Origin: Planctomycetota bacterium
GTDB lineage: Bacteria > Planctomycetota > UBA1135 > UBA2386
Direction: 5' to 3'
Assembly: GCA_965223545.1 (NCBI GenBank)
Contig: OZ245006.1
Span: forward strand, 1,632,001 to 1,696,000
DNA: 64,000 bases
Each line of letters starts with the position of its first letter. The stretch's first letter is position 1. Positions 31,201-40,009 of the stretch are shown piece by piece. The notes under the pieces are model-generated. The model had not been told where the DNA came from, searched no databases, and saw only the letters and a program-made list of their open reading frames with translations. Made by a program: the position numbers and the translations under genes.

Positions 31201-31264
31201 AGGGGGCCAGCTGATGGGGCGGGCAGCACTCACCCCGGCGCTGGAGATCCGCGTCGGCGGCTGA
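28202..31264 (+). CDS. ELWxxDGT-repeat secreted protein
   Basis: Many ELW/EVW-x-S/T-DGT repeats; signal peptide. Confidence 0.92.
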   Translation: MRAPELACVTVLSLAMTSPAQLLENINTLPMPSSAFPADSDPADFAVVGNRVYFTATTAATGREYFWADTSGAPAQLLADIEPGAQGSSPKELVALPNGLLLFTADTTAYGREVWVSDGSAAGTRLLVDLSGPGQFTVPQDLTIHQGSCYFLARLNGAFAPSLWRTDGTAAGTVRLDDLALTGSYSSGALMMVSTGTQLFYTTSQSVTGGTGQWGLHTSDGTVGGSRLVTQVQESSWYGPRGLTVAGGNVVWAAQGVATGLEVWVSDGTTAGTAMIDLISGSGGSNPTELTKVGSHVFFAAYESGTSGEIFVSDGTVAGTVQVTSSTARSRPLFLRAAGNRLAYTADGGTGYKLWVAEATPGSERLFADFGPGDNTPLDMVAVAGGILCSAETRATGRELFFSDGTPGGTVLVADIEPGTGSSSPQGLVVLGNHVFFGATERIHGHEPWLTDVTTAGTRLHTDLSPVPFDGSSYPSAFANLGDRVVFTATDGLTGKELWATDGTAAGTTQLTDFAGSGSGFAFGTVPILPFDGRAAFAMDDGINGTELWMTDGTIEGTGMLVDHTPGALRSAAYPLIVWRGRLYFAAGAYFGGKLDLLATDGTAAGTRLIYSFSGAGGGMSSLTPVEHNGRLYFGASAAGTGLELWSTDGTTAGTSIVADINPGSGSGLRWFQGASLGSLLYFAASDGTNNEEVWSTDGTAAGTRLFADINPTSGSAPGDFHSIGQSVVFSASVNGARQYYGSDGVAVQQLSASPLYVNGNWILYPTDDLLIGMLRGANGSFNLWGTDGTVAGSAVIKQISPNGTWFVNLRAWRVSSGNALLFSAADAAVGNEIFVTDGTEVGTGPLIDLIPGTTGSIPGPLTRLGDSLLFSAFERPTGFELYHLPWTLVGDWLAQPFGVGCAGSSGRAPEFDIGGSAAPGRTLSVAVTGSAPLAPVAHLWSLDYALQSIGPCSTYLRAPQLLSTGTSDPSGTANLALPIPNLPSLLGVGLWMQSLVVDAGGQLMGRAALTPALEIRVGG

Positions 31265-31315
31265 AGCCGCTCGCCGGTTTTCGGCGGTTGACGCTCCCCC
31301 GCGCGGGGCCGCTCC

Positions 31316-31450
31316 TTAGCCGACGCGGAACTTGCCGCTGCGCGCGCGCTTGCGCTTGATGATCTTGCGCCCCGCCGCGGTCTTCGAGCGGGAGCGGAAC
31401 CCGACCTTGCGGGCGCGCTTGAGGTTGGAACGACGAACCTTGAGCTTCAT
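31316..31450 (-). CDS. rpmH: 50S ribosomal protein L34
   Basis: SNLKRARKVGFRSRSKTAAGRKIIKRKR, 44 aa. Confidence 0.85.
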   Translation of the reverse strand: MKLKVRRSNLKRARKVGFRSRSKTAAGRKIIKRKRARSGKFRVG

Positions 31451-31552
31451 GGCACTGTCAGGTGGCGTGGCGAGGACCGAGGAGGGTAGCAATCGGCCCC
31501 CCCACATGCAAACCCGGGCCGCGGCGGATTCCAAGGCCGCGCCAGCGGCACT

Positions 31553-33259
31553 TTACTGCCGGTACATGGTCTCGCGCAGGACTTCTTCGACGGTGCTGAC
31601 GCCGTCGTAGATCGCCATCAGCCCGGCCTCCCGCAGGCTGCGCATGCCGCCCTCGATCGCCGCCTTCCGCAGGGCCTCGGTGCTGACTCGGTCCAGGATC
31701 AGGTCGTAGAGGCGCTCGTCCAGCTCCATGACCTCGGCCACGGCCGCGCGGCCGCGGAAGCCGGTGAAGTTGCACGTGTCGCACCCCTTCCCGTATGCAA
31801 AGCGCTTTCCTGCAACATCTTCGGGCTGCAAGTCGAGCTCGCGCAGGATGTGCTCGGCCGGCTCGTAGAAGGTCCGGCACTCGGCGCAGATCCGGCGCAC
31901 CAGCCGCTGCGCAACCACGCTGTTGAGAGTTGCGGTGATCAGGAATGGCTCGATCCCGATGTCGATCAGCCGGGTGATCGCCGAGGGCGCATCGTTGGTG
32001 TGCAGAGTCGAGAACACCAGGTGGCCGGTGAGGCTCGCCTCGATCGCGGTCTGCGCGGTCTCCCGGTCGCGAATCTCACCCACCAGGATGACGTCGGGGT
32101 CCTGGCGCAGGATGGTGCGCAGCACCGCTGCGTAGCTGACCCCGATCTCGTCGTTGACCGGGATCTGGACGATGCCCTCGAGGTCGTACTCGACGGGGTC
32201 CTCGACCGTGATGATCTTGACCTCCTCGCGATTGGCCTCGTTGAGCAGGGCGTAGAGCGTCGTGGTCTTGCCCGAACCCGTCGGGCCGGTGACCAGCACG
32301 ATGCCGTGCGGCAGGCCGGTCAGCGCGCGCAGCTGCTGCTTCTGCTCGGTGTAGAAGCCCAGATTGTCGACGTCGAGCGACACCACCGAGCGGTCGAGGA
32401 TGCGCATCACGCAGGACTCGCCGAACATGGTCGGCAGGGTCGACACGCGCAGGTCGACCGGCCGGCCGCCGACCGAAAGCTCGATGCGGCCGTCTTGCGG
32501 CAGCCGGGTCTCCGCGATGTCGAGGTCGGCCATCACCTTGACGCGCGAGATCAGCGCCACCGCGAGGTGTGGCGGCGGCGCCTCGAGCTCGTAGAGCACG
32601 CCGTCGACGCGGTAGCGGATCTTGAAGTCACTCTCGAACGGCTCGAGGTGGATGTCGGCAGCCTTGTCGCGGATCGCCTGGAACAAGACGTAGTTCAGTA
32701 GCTTGACCACCGGCGCGGCGGCCGCCATCGCCTGCTTGTCCTCGAGGTCTAGCTTGCCGCCCTCGCGCTGCAGCTCGGCGACGAGCTGCTTCATCTCCGC
32801 CTTGGCGGCGGTGGCCTCCTCCTGATAGTTGCGCTCGAGTGCGGCGACGATGTGCTCTTCGGCCGCCACCATGCCCTGCACCTCCAGGCCGGTGGTGAAC
32901 GCCAGGTCGTTGAGCACCGAGACGTTTTGCGGGTCGGCCAGCGCCACCGCGAGCACGCCGTTGTCGATCGACACCGGGATCACACGGAACGCCCGCGCGC
33001 TGGCGGCGTCGAGGCGCCGGACCGCGTCGGGGTCGATCTGCTGCGTGGTCAGATCGCAGAACGTCAACCCGGCTTGCTCGGCCAGGGCCTTGCCCAAGTC
33101 CTGCGCGTCGATGTGGCCCAGCTCGATGAGGATCTCGCCGATGCGACCGCCGCGCTCGCGCTGGATGTTGAGCGCCTCCTGCACCATCCCCTCGTGGATG
33201 GTGCCCACGCGCTTGAGGATCTGCCCGATCAGCTGGCGGCCGGAAACTCGTTGCGCCAT
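31553..33259 (-). CDS. pilB: PilB/GspE-family assembly ATPase
   Basis: MshEN-like N-terminus, GPTGSGKTTT, LRQDPD, STLHTND, CxxC..CxxC. Confidence 0.9.
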   Translation of the reverse strand: MAQRVSGRQLIGQILKRVGTIHEGMVQEALNIQRERGGRIGEILIELGHIDAQDLGKALAEQAGLTFCDLTTQQIDPDAVRRLDAASARAFRVIPVSIDNGVLAVALADPQNVSVLNDLAFTTGLEVQGMVAAEEHIVAALERNYQEEATAAKAEMKQLVAELQREGGKLDLEDKQAMAAAAPVVKLLNYVLFQAIRDKAADIHLEPFESDFKIRYRVDGVLYELEAPPPHLAVALISRVKVMADLDIAETRLPQDGRIELSVGGRPVDLRVSTLPTMFGESCVMRILDRSVVSLDVDNLGFYTEQKQQLRALTGLPHGIVLVTGPTGSGKTTTLYALLNEANREEVKIITVEDPVEYDLEGIVQIPVNDEIGVSYAAVLRTILRQDPDVILVGEIRDRETAQTAIEASLTGHLVFSTLHTNDAPSAITRLIDIGIEPFLITATLNSVVAQRLVRRICAECRTFYEPAEHILRELDLQPEDVAGKRFAYGKGCDTCNFTGFRGRAAVAEVMELDERLYDLILDRVSTEALRKAAIEGGMRSLREAGLMAIYDGVSTVEEVLRETMYRQ

Positions 33260-33264
33260 CGGGT

Positions 33265-34332
33265 CTAAGCGCCCCCACCGCCGGCGCGCTGTTCCATGCC
33301 GGCGCGGTCGAAGCAGCGCTCCAGCAGAGTCTCACGGTCGATGCGCCCCGACTGGTAGAGCTGCAGCAGCGAATCGTCGAGCAGACACATGCCGGCGCGG
33401 CGGCTAGTCTGGATCACCGACGGGATCTTGAAGGTCTCGCACTTGCGGATGTGGTTCTCGATCGCCGGCGTGCTGATCATCACTTCGAAGGCGGCGACGC
33501 GGCCCTCGCCGTCGGCGGTCGGCACCAAGATCTGCGAGATCACGGCAACCAACGACACCGCGAGCTGCGAGCGAATCTGCTCCTGCTGGTCGGTCGGATA
33601 CTGATCGATGATCCGGTCGACGGTGCGCGCCGAGCCGGTCGTGTGCAGGGTGCCGAACACCAAGTGGCCGGTCTCCGCCGCGGTGATCGCCGCCGACGTG
33701 GTTTCCAGATCGCGCATTTCGCCGAGCAGGATCACGTCCGGGTCCTGCCGCAGAACCCGGCGCATCGCCTCGGGGAACGTCGGCACGTCGGTGCCGACCT
33801 CGCGCTGCGTGACCTGCGCGCGCCGGTGCTCGTGGTAGTACTCGATCGGGTCCTCGATGGTGACGATGTGGACCTCGCGGTTGCGATTGATCCAGTCGAG
33901 CATCGTGGCGAGCGTCGTCGTCTTGCCCGAACCGGTCGGCCCGGTGACCAGGATCAGACCGCGGTGCAGGGTCAGCAGCTTCTGCACCGACTCGGGCAAA
34001 CCGATCTGCTCGAGCGACAGCAGCTTGTGCGGAATGAGCCGCATCACGATGCCGCGGGCGCCCTTCTGCGTGAGCACGCTGACGCGGAAGCGGCATTTGG
34101 ATTCGTGCGCGTAGCCGAAGTCGGTGGTGCCGCGCTCCTCGAGCTCCCTAGAGTTCTGCACCGGCGCGAACTGCTCGACCATGCCGTCGATGTCCTCCGG
34201 GGTCAGCGGCTCGCCCTCGAGCTCGACCAACCCGCCGTGCACCCGCAGCACTGGTGGCCGGCCGACCGAGACGTGAAGGTCGGACGCGCCGCGCTCGAAG
34301 CAGGCGTCCATCAGCTCGAAGATGTCGTGCAT
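33265..34332 (-). CDS. pilT: Type IV pilus retraction ATPase
   Basis: GASDLH, TIEDPIE, QREVGTD, AAETGHLVFGTLHT. Confidence 0.93.
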   Translation of the reverse strand: MHDIFELMDACFERGASDLHVSVGRPPVLRVHGGLVELEGEPLTPEDIDGMVEQFAPVQNSRELEERGTTDFGYAHESKCRFRVSVLTQKGARGIVMRLIPHKLLSLEQIGLPESVQKLLTLHRGLILVTGPTGSGKTTTLATMLDWINRNREVHIVTIEDPIEYYHEHRRAQVTQREVGTDVPTFPEAMRRVLRQDPDVILLGEMRDLETTSAAITAAETGHLVFGTLHTTGSARTVDRIIDQYPTDQQEQIRSQLAVSLVAVISQILVPTADGEGRVAAFEVMISTPAIENHIRKCETFKIPSVIQTSRRAGMCLLDDSLLQLYQSGRIDRETLLERCFDRAGMEQRAGGGGA

Positions 34333-34410
34333 CGTTTTCGTTCGCCTCCTGGCGCCCCATCTTGGCGCAGGTCGGCAACAACACCAAACGTCAACGCGCG
34401 TGCTTGCGCA

Positions 34411-36063
34411 TTACATGGCCGCCGTGACGCGCAACAGCTCCTCGACTGAGGTCCGCCCCTGCAGCACCTTGCGGACGCCATCGCCGGTCAGCGTCGACAT
34501 TCCGCCCGACGTCCGGGCGTAGTCCCGCAACCGGCCGGTGGCCTCCCCGCGATAGGTGTACTCGCGCAGGGTGTTGTCCATCACCATCAGCTCGAAGATG
34601 CCGATCCGACCGCGGTAGCCGTTGCCGTCGCACGCCTCGCAGCCGCCCTTGCCGAACAGCTCGATGTCGGCACCGGGCTCGAGGCCCAGCGTGCGCAGCT
34701 CGACGTCGTTCGCGCGGTACGGCACGCGGCAGGCCGGACAAAGCACGCGCACCAGGCGCTGCGCCATCACGGCCTGCAGCGAAGCCGAGACCAGGAACGG
34801 CTTGACGCCCATGTCGACCAGCCGGGTGATCGCCGAGGGCGCGTCGTTGGTGTGCAGCGTCGAAAACACCAAGTGCCCCGTCAACGCCGCCTGCACCGCG
34901 ATCTCGGCGGTCTCGGCGTCGCGGATCTCACCGACCAGGATGATGTTGGGCGCCTGGCGCAGCATCGCCCGCAGGATGCGGGCGAAGTCGAGACCGATCC
35001 GCGAGCGCACCTGACACTGGTTGATGCCGGCGATGCTGAACTCGACCGGATCCTCGGCAGTGATGATCTTGGTGTCGCTGCGGTTGAGCCGGTTCAACGC
35101 GGCGTAGAGCGTCGTCGTCTTGCCTGAGCCGGTCGGTCCGGTGACCAAGAAAATGCCGTTGGGACGCTTGATCAGACGCTGGAACCGCTCGAGATCGTCG
35201 CCTTCGAAACCCAGCCCCTCGAGCGACAGCAGGCTCTGCTCCTTGTCGAGCAGGCGCATGACGATCGTCTCGCCGTGGTTTCCCGGCAGCACCGACGTGC
35301 GGATGTCGATGGCTTTGCCAGCCGTGCGAAAGTCGATGCGGCCGTCCTGCGGCTTGCGGCGCTCGGCGATGTCGAGCGCTGCCATGATCTTCAGCCGCGA
35401 TGTCAGCGGCCCGTGCAGCGCGATGTCCAGCGAAGCGTGCTCGCGCAGGACGCCGTCGACGCGGTAGCGCACCCGCAGCCGGCCCTCGAACGGCTCGATG
35501 TGGATGTCGCTGGCGCGCGCCTGCATCGCCTCCTCGATGGTGCGCTGCACCAGGCGGATGATCGGCGCATCCTCGTCCTCGCCCGCCGTGGCGCCGCCGC
35601 GCGTTGCCGCGCCGCCGCCGGCAGCCGTCGCCGGCCCCGAACCACCGAGGGCGCGGGCGATCGCCTCCTTGAGCGCGCCGGGGGGTGCCAGCGCACAACG
35701 CACCTCACAACCGGCGAAGAAGGCGAGGTTGTCGGCGACGTAGGTCTTGATCGGGTCGGAGATCGCGACGTAGAGACGGCCGTCGCGCACCTGCACCGGC
35801 AGCAGCCCCTCGGCCTCGATCTGGTCGCGGGGCACCATGCCCAGCAGCTCGGGCCCCACGGTCGCCTTGCGCGGATCGACGAACGGCAAGCCCGACGCCG
35901 CGGCCAGGCACCGGTACACATCGGCCTCCGACGCCCCCTGCGCCAGCACGGCTTTGGCCAAAGGCATGCCACGGCTGCGCGCCATGGCCTGCGCCTTGTC
36001 CAAGTCGGCCGGCTCGAGAACGCCCTTGTCCGCCAGGGCGCGAGCCAGCGCGGCGTCGCTCAA
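34411..36063 (-). CDS. Second PilB/GspE-family ATPase
   Basis: DIAERRKPQDGR, GPTGSGKTTT, STLHTND, CPAC..CEAC. Confidence 0.9.
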   Translation of the reverse strand: MSDAALARALADKGVLEPADLDKAQAMARSRGMPLAKAVLAQGASEADVYRCLAAASGLPFVDPRKATVGPELLGMVPRDQIEAEGLLPVQVRDGRLYVAISDPIKTYVADNLAFFAGCEVRCALAPPGALKEAIARALGGSGPATAAGGGAATRGGATAGEDEDAPIIRLVQRTIEEAMQARASDIHIEPFEGRLRVRYRVDGVLREHASLDIALHGPLTSRLKIMAALDIAERRKPQDGRIDFRTAGKAIDIRTSVLPGNHGETIVMRLLDKEQSLLSLEGLGFEGDDLERFQRLIKRPNGIFLVTGPTGSGKTTTLYAALNRLNRSDTKIITAEDPVEFSIAGINQCQVRSRIGLDFARILRAMLRQAPNIILVGEIRDAETAEIAVQAALTGHLVFSTLHTNDAPSAITRLVDMGVKPFLVSASLQAVMAQRLVRVLCPACRVPYRANDVELRTLGLEPGADIELFGKGGCEACDGNGYRGRIGIFELMVMDNTLREYTYRGEATGRLRDYARTSGGMSTLTGDGVRKVLQGRTSVEELLRVTAAM

Positions 36064-37277
36064 CGGACGAACCCGTTGAACATCACCTCTTTGAGCCGCG
36101 AAGCGGGGTGGTTGAGGTGGATGCGCAACAGACCGTTCATGTAGGTGCCAGCCTGCACCCCCTTGTCGACCTCGATGTGTACGACGATGTCGCGGCCGTC
36201 CTTCTCGTGCGTGAAGCGGACCGCCTCCTTGTCGGGCGGCTTGATACCGTGGAGGCGAACGACTTCGAGCTTCTCGACCTGCAGATCGAAGTCACCGCTC
36301 GGCGACAGCACGACCTCGGCAGTCTTGCCCTCGTCGGACTTGATGTGACCGAGGGAGACGAAGCCACCGGGCTTGAGTGTCAGCGGCCCCTTGATCATGG
36401 CGATGACGCGCGCAGACACGGCCTTGCCGTCGACGTCGGTCGCGAACTGGATCAGACCGCCACCATCGGCCTCGTCGACCTCGGGGCCATACGTCCCGCG
36501 CACGTGCCACACGGCGCGGTCGTCGCGCATCTCCTTCTCGTACTCGATGCGCATACCCTTCGACAGCTCCTCGTGCGACAGCAGGTTGAAGTCCTGCTGC
36601 ATCGGCGAAGAGATGCGGAACTCGAACTCGCGCTTGTCACCCCATGCCATCTCGTTGAGGTTGACGTCCGGCGGTTCGACGACGAAGTACTGCGCACCCG
36701 TCGCCTGCCACTGCAGGTTGACCAACGGCAGCTCCTCGTCGGACGTCTGCAGCGAGACCAGCGCGTCCTTCCGACCACGCACGCCGTGCATGGTCATGTG
36801 CACCTCGACTTCGCCCTTCTCTTCGCTGCCGACGTTGATGTGCCGCACCTGCTCCCGCTGCTCGGCACCATCGACCGACTCGACCCGGTACAACAGCTTG
36901 TCTGCCCCGATCTCGTAGGTGCGATCGCCGACCCGAATGATCGCCTTGGTGCAGGCGCAGTTCGGCTGGATGTTGCTCAGCTGATGCTCGGCCTCGCGCG
37001 GGTTGTGGAACAGGAACTTGCCGACCGCGACCTCGTCGTCGAAGTAGGTGCCGAGATCCCGTCGCGTCGCCTCGAACCAGTCGTTGGGGCCGGGGTCGAC
37101 CTGCTGGCCCCCCGCCTGCGGCGCCGGTCCCTGCGGGTTGACGGGCCCTTGAACGGGGGCGTGGGTGTGTCCCTCGTGGCCATGGCCCTCGTGCCCGGGA
37201 TCCTGTGCGGTGAGGATCGGGAGGAGGAGAGCGGTCACGGCCGAGCCGGCGATGCTGATGCTGCTCATGCTGGTCAT
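36060..37277 (-). CDS. Secreted DUF1573-like Ig-fold protein
   Basis: Signal peptide, His-rich stretch, PNCACT motif. Confidence 0.7.
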   Translation of the reverse strand: MTSMSSISIAGSAVTALLLPILTAQDPGHEGHGHEGHTHAPVQGPVNPQGPAPQAGGQQVDPGPNDWFEATRRDLGTYFDDEVAVGKFLFHNPREAEHQLSNIQPNCACTKAIIRVGDRTYEIGADKLLYRVESVDGAEQREQVRHINVGSEEKGEVEVHMTMHGVRGRKDALVSLQTSDEELPLVNLQWQATGAQYFVVEPPDVNLNEMAWGDKREFEFRISSPMQQDFNLLSHEELSKGMRIEYEKEMRDDRAVWHVRGTYGPEVDEADGGGLIQFATDVDGKAVSARVIAMIKGPLTLKPGGFVSLGHIKSDEGKTAEVVLSPSGDFDLQVEKLEVVRLHGIKPPDKEAVRFTHEKDGRDIVVHIEVDKGVQAGTYMNGLLRIHLNHPASRLKEVMFNGFVR

Positions 37278-37402
37278 GGGTCGAGTTGGAATCCGGATCG
37301 TCTTGACGCCCATCTGAACGGGCAGAACTCCCCTTGGACTCCCGCGGAAATGCGAAACAGAGAAGGCCGAAAGTGGGCGGGAGAGTATAGCCTCCGAGGG
37401 GA

Positions 37403-38041
37403 ATGGGTTTACCAGCCACAGCGCGCCGTCTTGCCGCGGCGGCCGCCCTGCTCCCCCTGAGCGGATGCTGCGACCTCGCCCTGTGGTGGTGCGGCCCGGA
37501 CAAGAGCCACTGGGTGGCACAGAGCTTCCTGACCCCGGATGAGGCCCTGGCCACGTTCGTCGAGGCGACCCGGCGCGACCGGCCCGACATCGTCTACCGG
37601 GCGTTGTCGGAGGGTTTCAAGCAGCGGGTCGGGCTACCCGGCGCGTTCGAGGCCGCCGTCGGCTGGGAGCGGCTCAAGGAGCAGTACTCGGGCATCCACC
37701 TCCTGGCCCGCGCGACCATCTCGCCGGCCGAGCGGCTCGCCGACGACCGGGTGCGCTACCGGCTGGAGCTGCGCGGCTACCGCTTCGACGTCGAGCTGGT
37801 CCGGCTGGCCTGGGTCGGGCTGCGCTATGACGTCGACGGCGCCTCCGAGCCACTCGAAGCCTTCGTCGGCGAGCTGCGCGACCACATCGCGCTCGGGCCG
37901 GGGCTGATTCCCAGCAGCGTGCGACTCGAGGTTCCGCTGGACGGCGCGCCGGACGACGTGCTCGACCGTCTGGAGGGGATCGGCGCCGGCTACCGGTGGA
38001 AGATCGACCACCTCGCGCAGGTCACCGACGAGGACAGCTGA
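37403..38041 (+). CDS. Hypothetical lipoprotein
   Basis: Lipobox LSGC. Confidence 0.7.
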   Translation: MGLPATARRLAAAAALLPLSGCCDLALWWCGPDKSHWVAQSFLTPDEALATFVEATRRDRPDIVYRALSEGFKQRVGLPGAFEAAVGWERLKEQYSGIHLLARATISPAERLADDRVRYRLELRGYRFDVELVRLAWVGLRYDVDGASEPLEAFVGELRDHIALGPGLIPSSVRLEVPLDGAPDDVLDRLEGIGAGYRWKIDHLAQVTDEDS

Positions 38042-38057
38042 GGCTCTACGAGCAAGC

Positions 38058-38142
38058 GCGAGACGTACGGAGTCAGGCTCGATTTTCTCGCTTGGCGGCT
38101 GCCGCCAAGCGAGAAAATCGAGCCTGACTCCGTACGTCTCGC
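38058..38142. repeat. Perfect 85-bp palindrome (42-bp arms, 1-nt centre)
   Basis: GCGAGACGTACGGAGTCAGGCTCGATTTTCTCGCTTGGCGGC-T-reverse complement. Confidence 0.97.
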
Positions 38143-38195
38143 ACACTCGAAATCCAACCGGGGCCGCGCAACGATGCCGTTTTCGAACGCGCTCC

Positions 38196-39851
38196 CTACC
38201 GCGCCATCAGCACCGTCACGCGGTGCGGTTCCGCACCCGCCGCCCGGAGCCGCCCGCCATGCACGTCCTTGGCCGTGAACGGGTGGTGCATGACGACGTC
38301 CTGCTTGCCGTCCCTGTTCACGTCCGTCAGCCAGGTGTACTCCTCGTCGTTCGGCGCCGAGAGCCGGATTCGCGCGGGCTCCTCCGCGAAGAGCTCCCGT
38401 CCCGGAATCCCGACGAAGACCTCGACGAATCGCGGATGGTCCGCGACGAACATGTCGAGGCGTCCGTCTCCCGTGACGTCGCCGAAGCGCACGGTCGAGT
38501 TGAACGCCTTCGGCCAGATCGCCTGGTTTCGGCGCCCTTCGTGCGTCGCCCCTCGCAGGACGATCTCCGCCGGCACCCACCCGTGCTCGCGATGGCTCGG
38601 AGGCCCATCCAACGCGCGGGTCCGCACCGTGTCCGGCGCGGCGGAGTACTGCCCGTCCCGCATGCGGTGGAAGGCGAGCTGCATCAACACGTCGTCGCCC
38701 ATCGCCCCTTTGAATCGCTTCCACAGGCCCCCTGTCAGAAAGCGGTCCTCGATGGTCGTGCGCACGACATCGCGCGCGCCATCGCCATCGAAGTCGTACA
38801 GCTCCAACCCGAGCTGGAGGCTGCCCCGAGTTTGCAGGGAGGCGCCGACGTCGGACGCAAAGCGCGTCCCGCCGTCCGCCGAGCGGGCACCGAAGTGGAT
38901 CTCGTACACCGAGTGCTCCAGCGCGCGAGGCCCGCGGGACAGGGAGTGGACCACCAGATCACCGACGCCATCGCCGTTCATGTCCACTATCGCGTCCAGG
39001 ACGCGACCCGCCATCTCCCCCGAGGCGAAGAAGGAGGGATCGTCCGAGTCGATGACGACCTCGGTCGAGAGTGTCATGGGCTCGGACGCGAGCTCCCCGC
39101 CCTCGCCCTGCAGCCAGACGTCGAAATGATCCGCGTCCCAGCTCACCAGATCGCCCCGGCCGTCGTGGTCGCAGTCCATCCCGTACACGCGACTCTGACT
39201 CCAGGGATCGTAGCGATAGCCGTCGGCTCCGTAGATCCGACTCAAGTCCGGAGTCGAGCCAACACTCACCGGATCCTCGAAGGCGCCGCTCTCGGTCTGG
39301 ACGAAGACGTGAAACCCATCCGCCGACGGAACGACCAGATCGTCTCGACCATCGCCGTTCACGTCGCGGGTGAGGTCCACGTGGGGCACCTCGTTCGCGC
39401 GCGGCGGCTCGAAGCTCGCTTCTACTCGAACGAGCTCGCGCACGACTCCCGATTCGGGATCGAACCAATCGACACGCCCGGGACGGTAGGCAATTAGCCG
39501 ATCCCGACCGCCGAGCTCGACCACGTCGACGAACTCGACCGCGGCATCGAGCGTCGCGTCGAGACGCGACGTCCAAGCACTTCCCTCAAACCCGTAGAGC
39601 CGAAGGCTGCGCTCCCCGTCCGCCTCGACCTTGACTACGGCAAACTCCGCGACAGCGCCGCCGAGGAGAAAGCCGGTCAACACGGTGGGGCGATCCGCGA
39701 AGCCGATGCCGAAATCGCAGCGGTCGAAGAGGCGGGAGGTAGGCGTCGCGCGGGACGAGTCAGAAGCCGGCTGCCAGCTGGCACATGTCATGCAACCCAG
39801 CAGCAGAGAACCGACAACGCAGACGAGCGGCCAACCGTGCTTGGGAGCCAT
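38196..39851 (-). CDS. FG-GAP/VCBS-repeat secreted protein
   Basis: Repeated DVNGDGRDDLV-type motifs; signal/lipobox-like N-terminus. Confidence 0.85.
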   Translation of the reverse strand: MAPKHGWPLVCVVGSLLLGCMTCASWQPASDSSRATPTSRLFDRCDFGIGFADRPTVLTGFLLGGAVAEFAVVKVEADGERSLRLYGFEGSAWTSRLDATLDAAVEFVDVVELGGRDRLIAYRPGRVDWFDPESGVVRELVRVEASFEPPRANEVPHVDLTRDVNGDGRDDLVVPSADGFHVFVQTESGAFEDPVSVGSTPDLSRIYGADGYRYDPWSQSRVYGMDCDHDGRGDLVSWDADHFDVWLQGEGGELASEPMTLSTEVVIDSDDPSFFASGEMAGRVLDAIVDMNGDGVGDLVVHSLSRGPRALEHSVYEIHFGARSADGGTRFASDVGASLQTRGSLQLGLELYDFDGDGARDVVRTTIEDRFLTGGLWKRFKGAMGDDVLMQLAFHRMRDGQYSAAPDTVRTRALDGPPSHREHGWVPAEIVLRGATHEGRRNQAIWPKAFNSTVRFGDVTGDGRLDMFVADHPRFVEVFVGIPGRELFAEEPARIRLSAPNDEEYTWLTDVNRDGKQDVVMHHPFTAKDVHGGRLRAAGAEPHRVTVLMAR

Positions 39852-40009
39852 GGCCGGGCATTGTCGCGGTCTCTGCCTCGACGCAGGCGAAACACCTCCG
39901 AATCGCATCGATTCGGCCAGCGAATCGATCGCTGACTACCGCGGTTAACGGCAGCGGGGCGACCCATCAAGGCCGCCCCGTCCAGTGAGAGGAAACCGCC
40001 GGAGTTCGC

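Noticed and set aside
31553..36063. Two PilB-like ATPases flanking pilT as a novel system
   Set aside because: Ordinary type IV pilus ATPase paralogs with standard motifs.
39955..39980. Hairpin CGGGGCGACC...GGCCGCCCCG and nearby GTTAAC as an attC site
   Set aside because: No matching inverse core or integrase; more simply a terminator-like hairpin.
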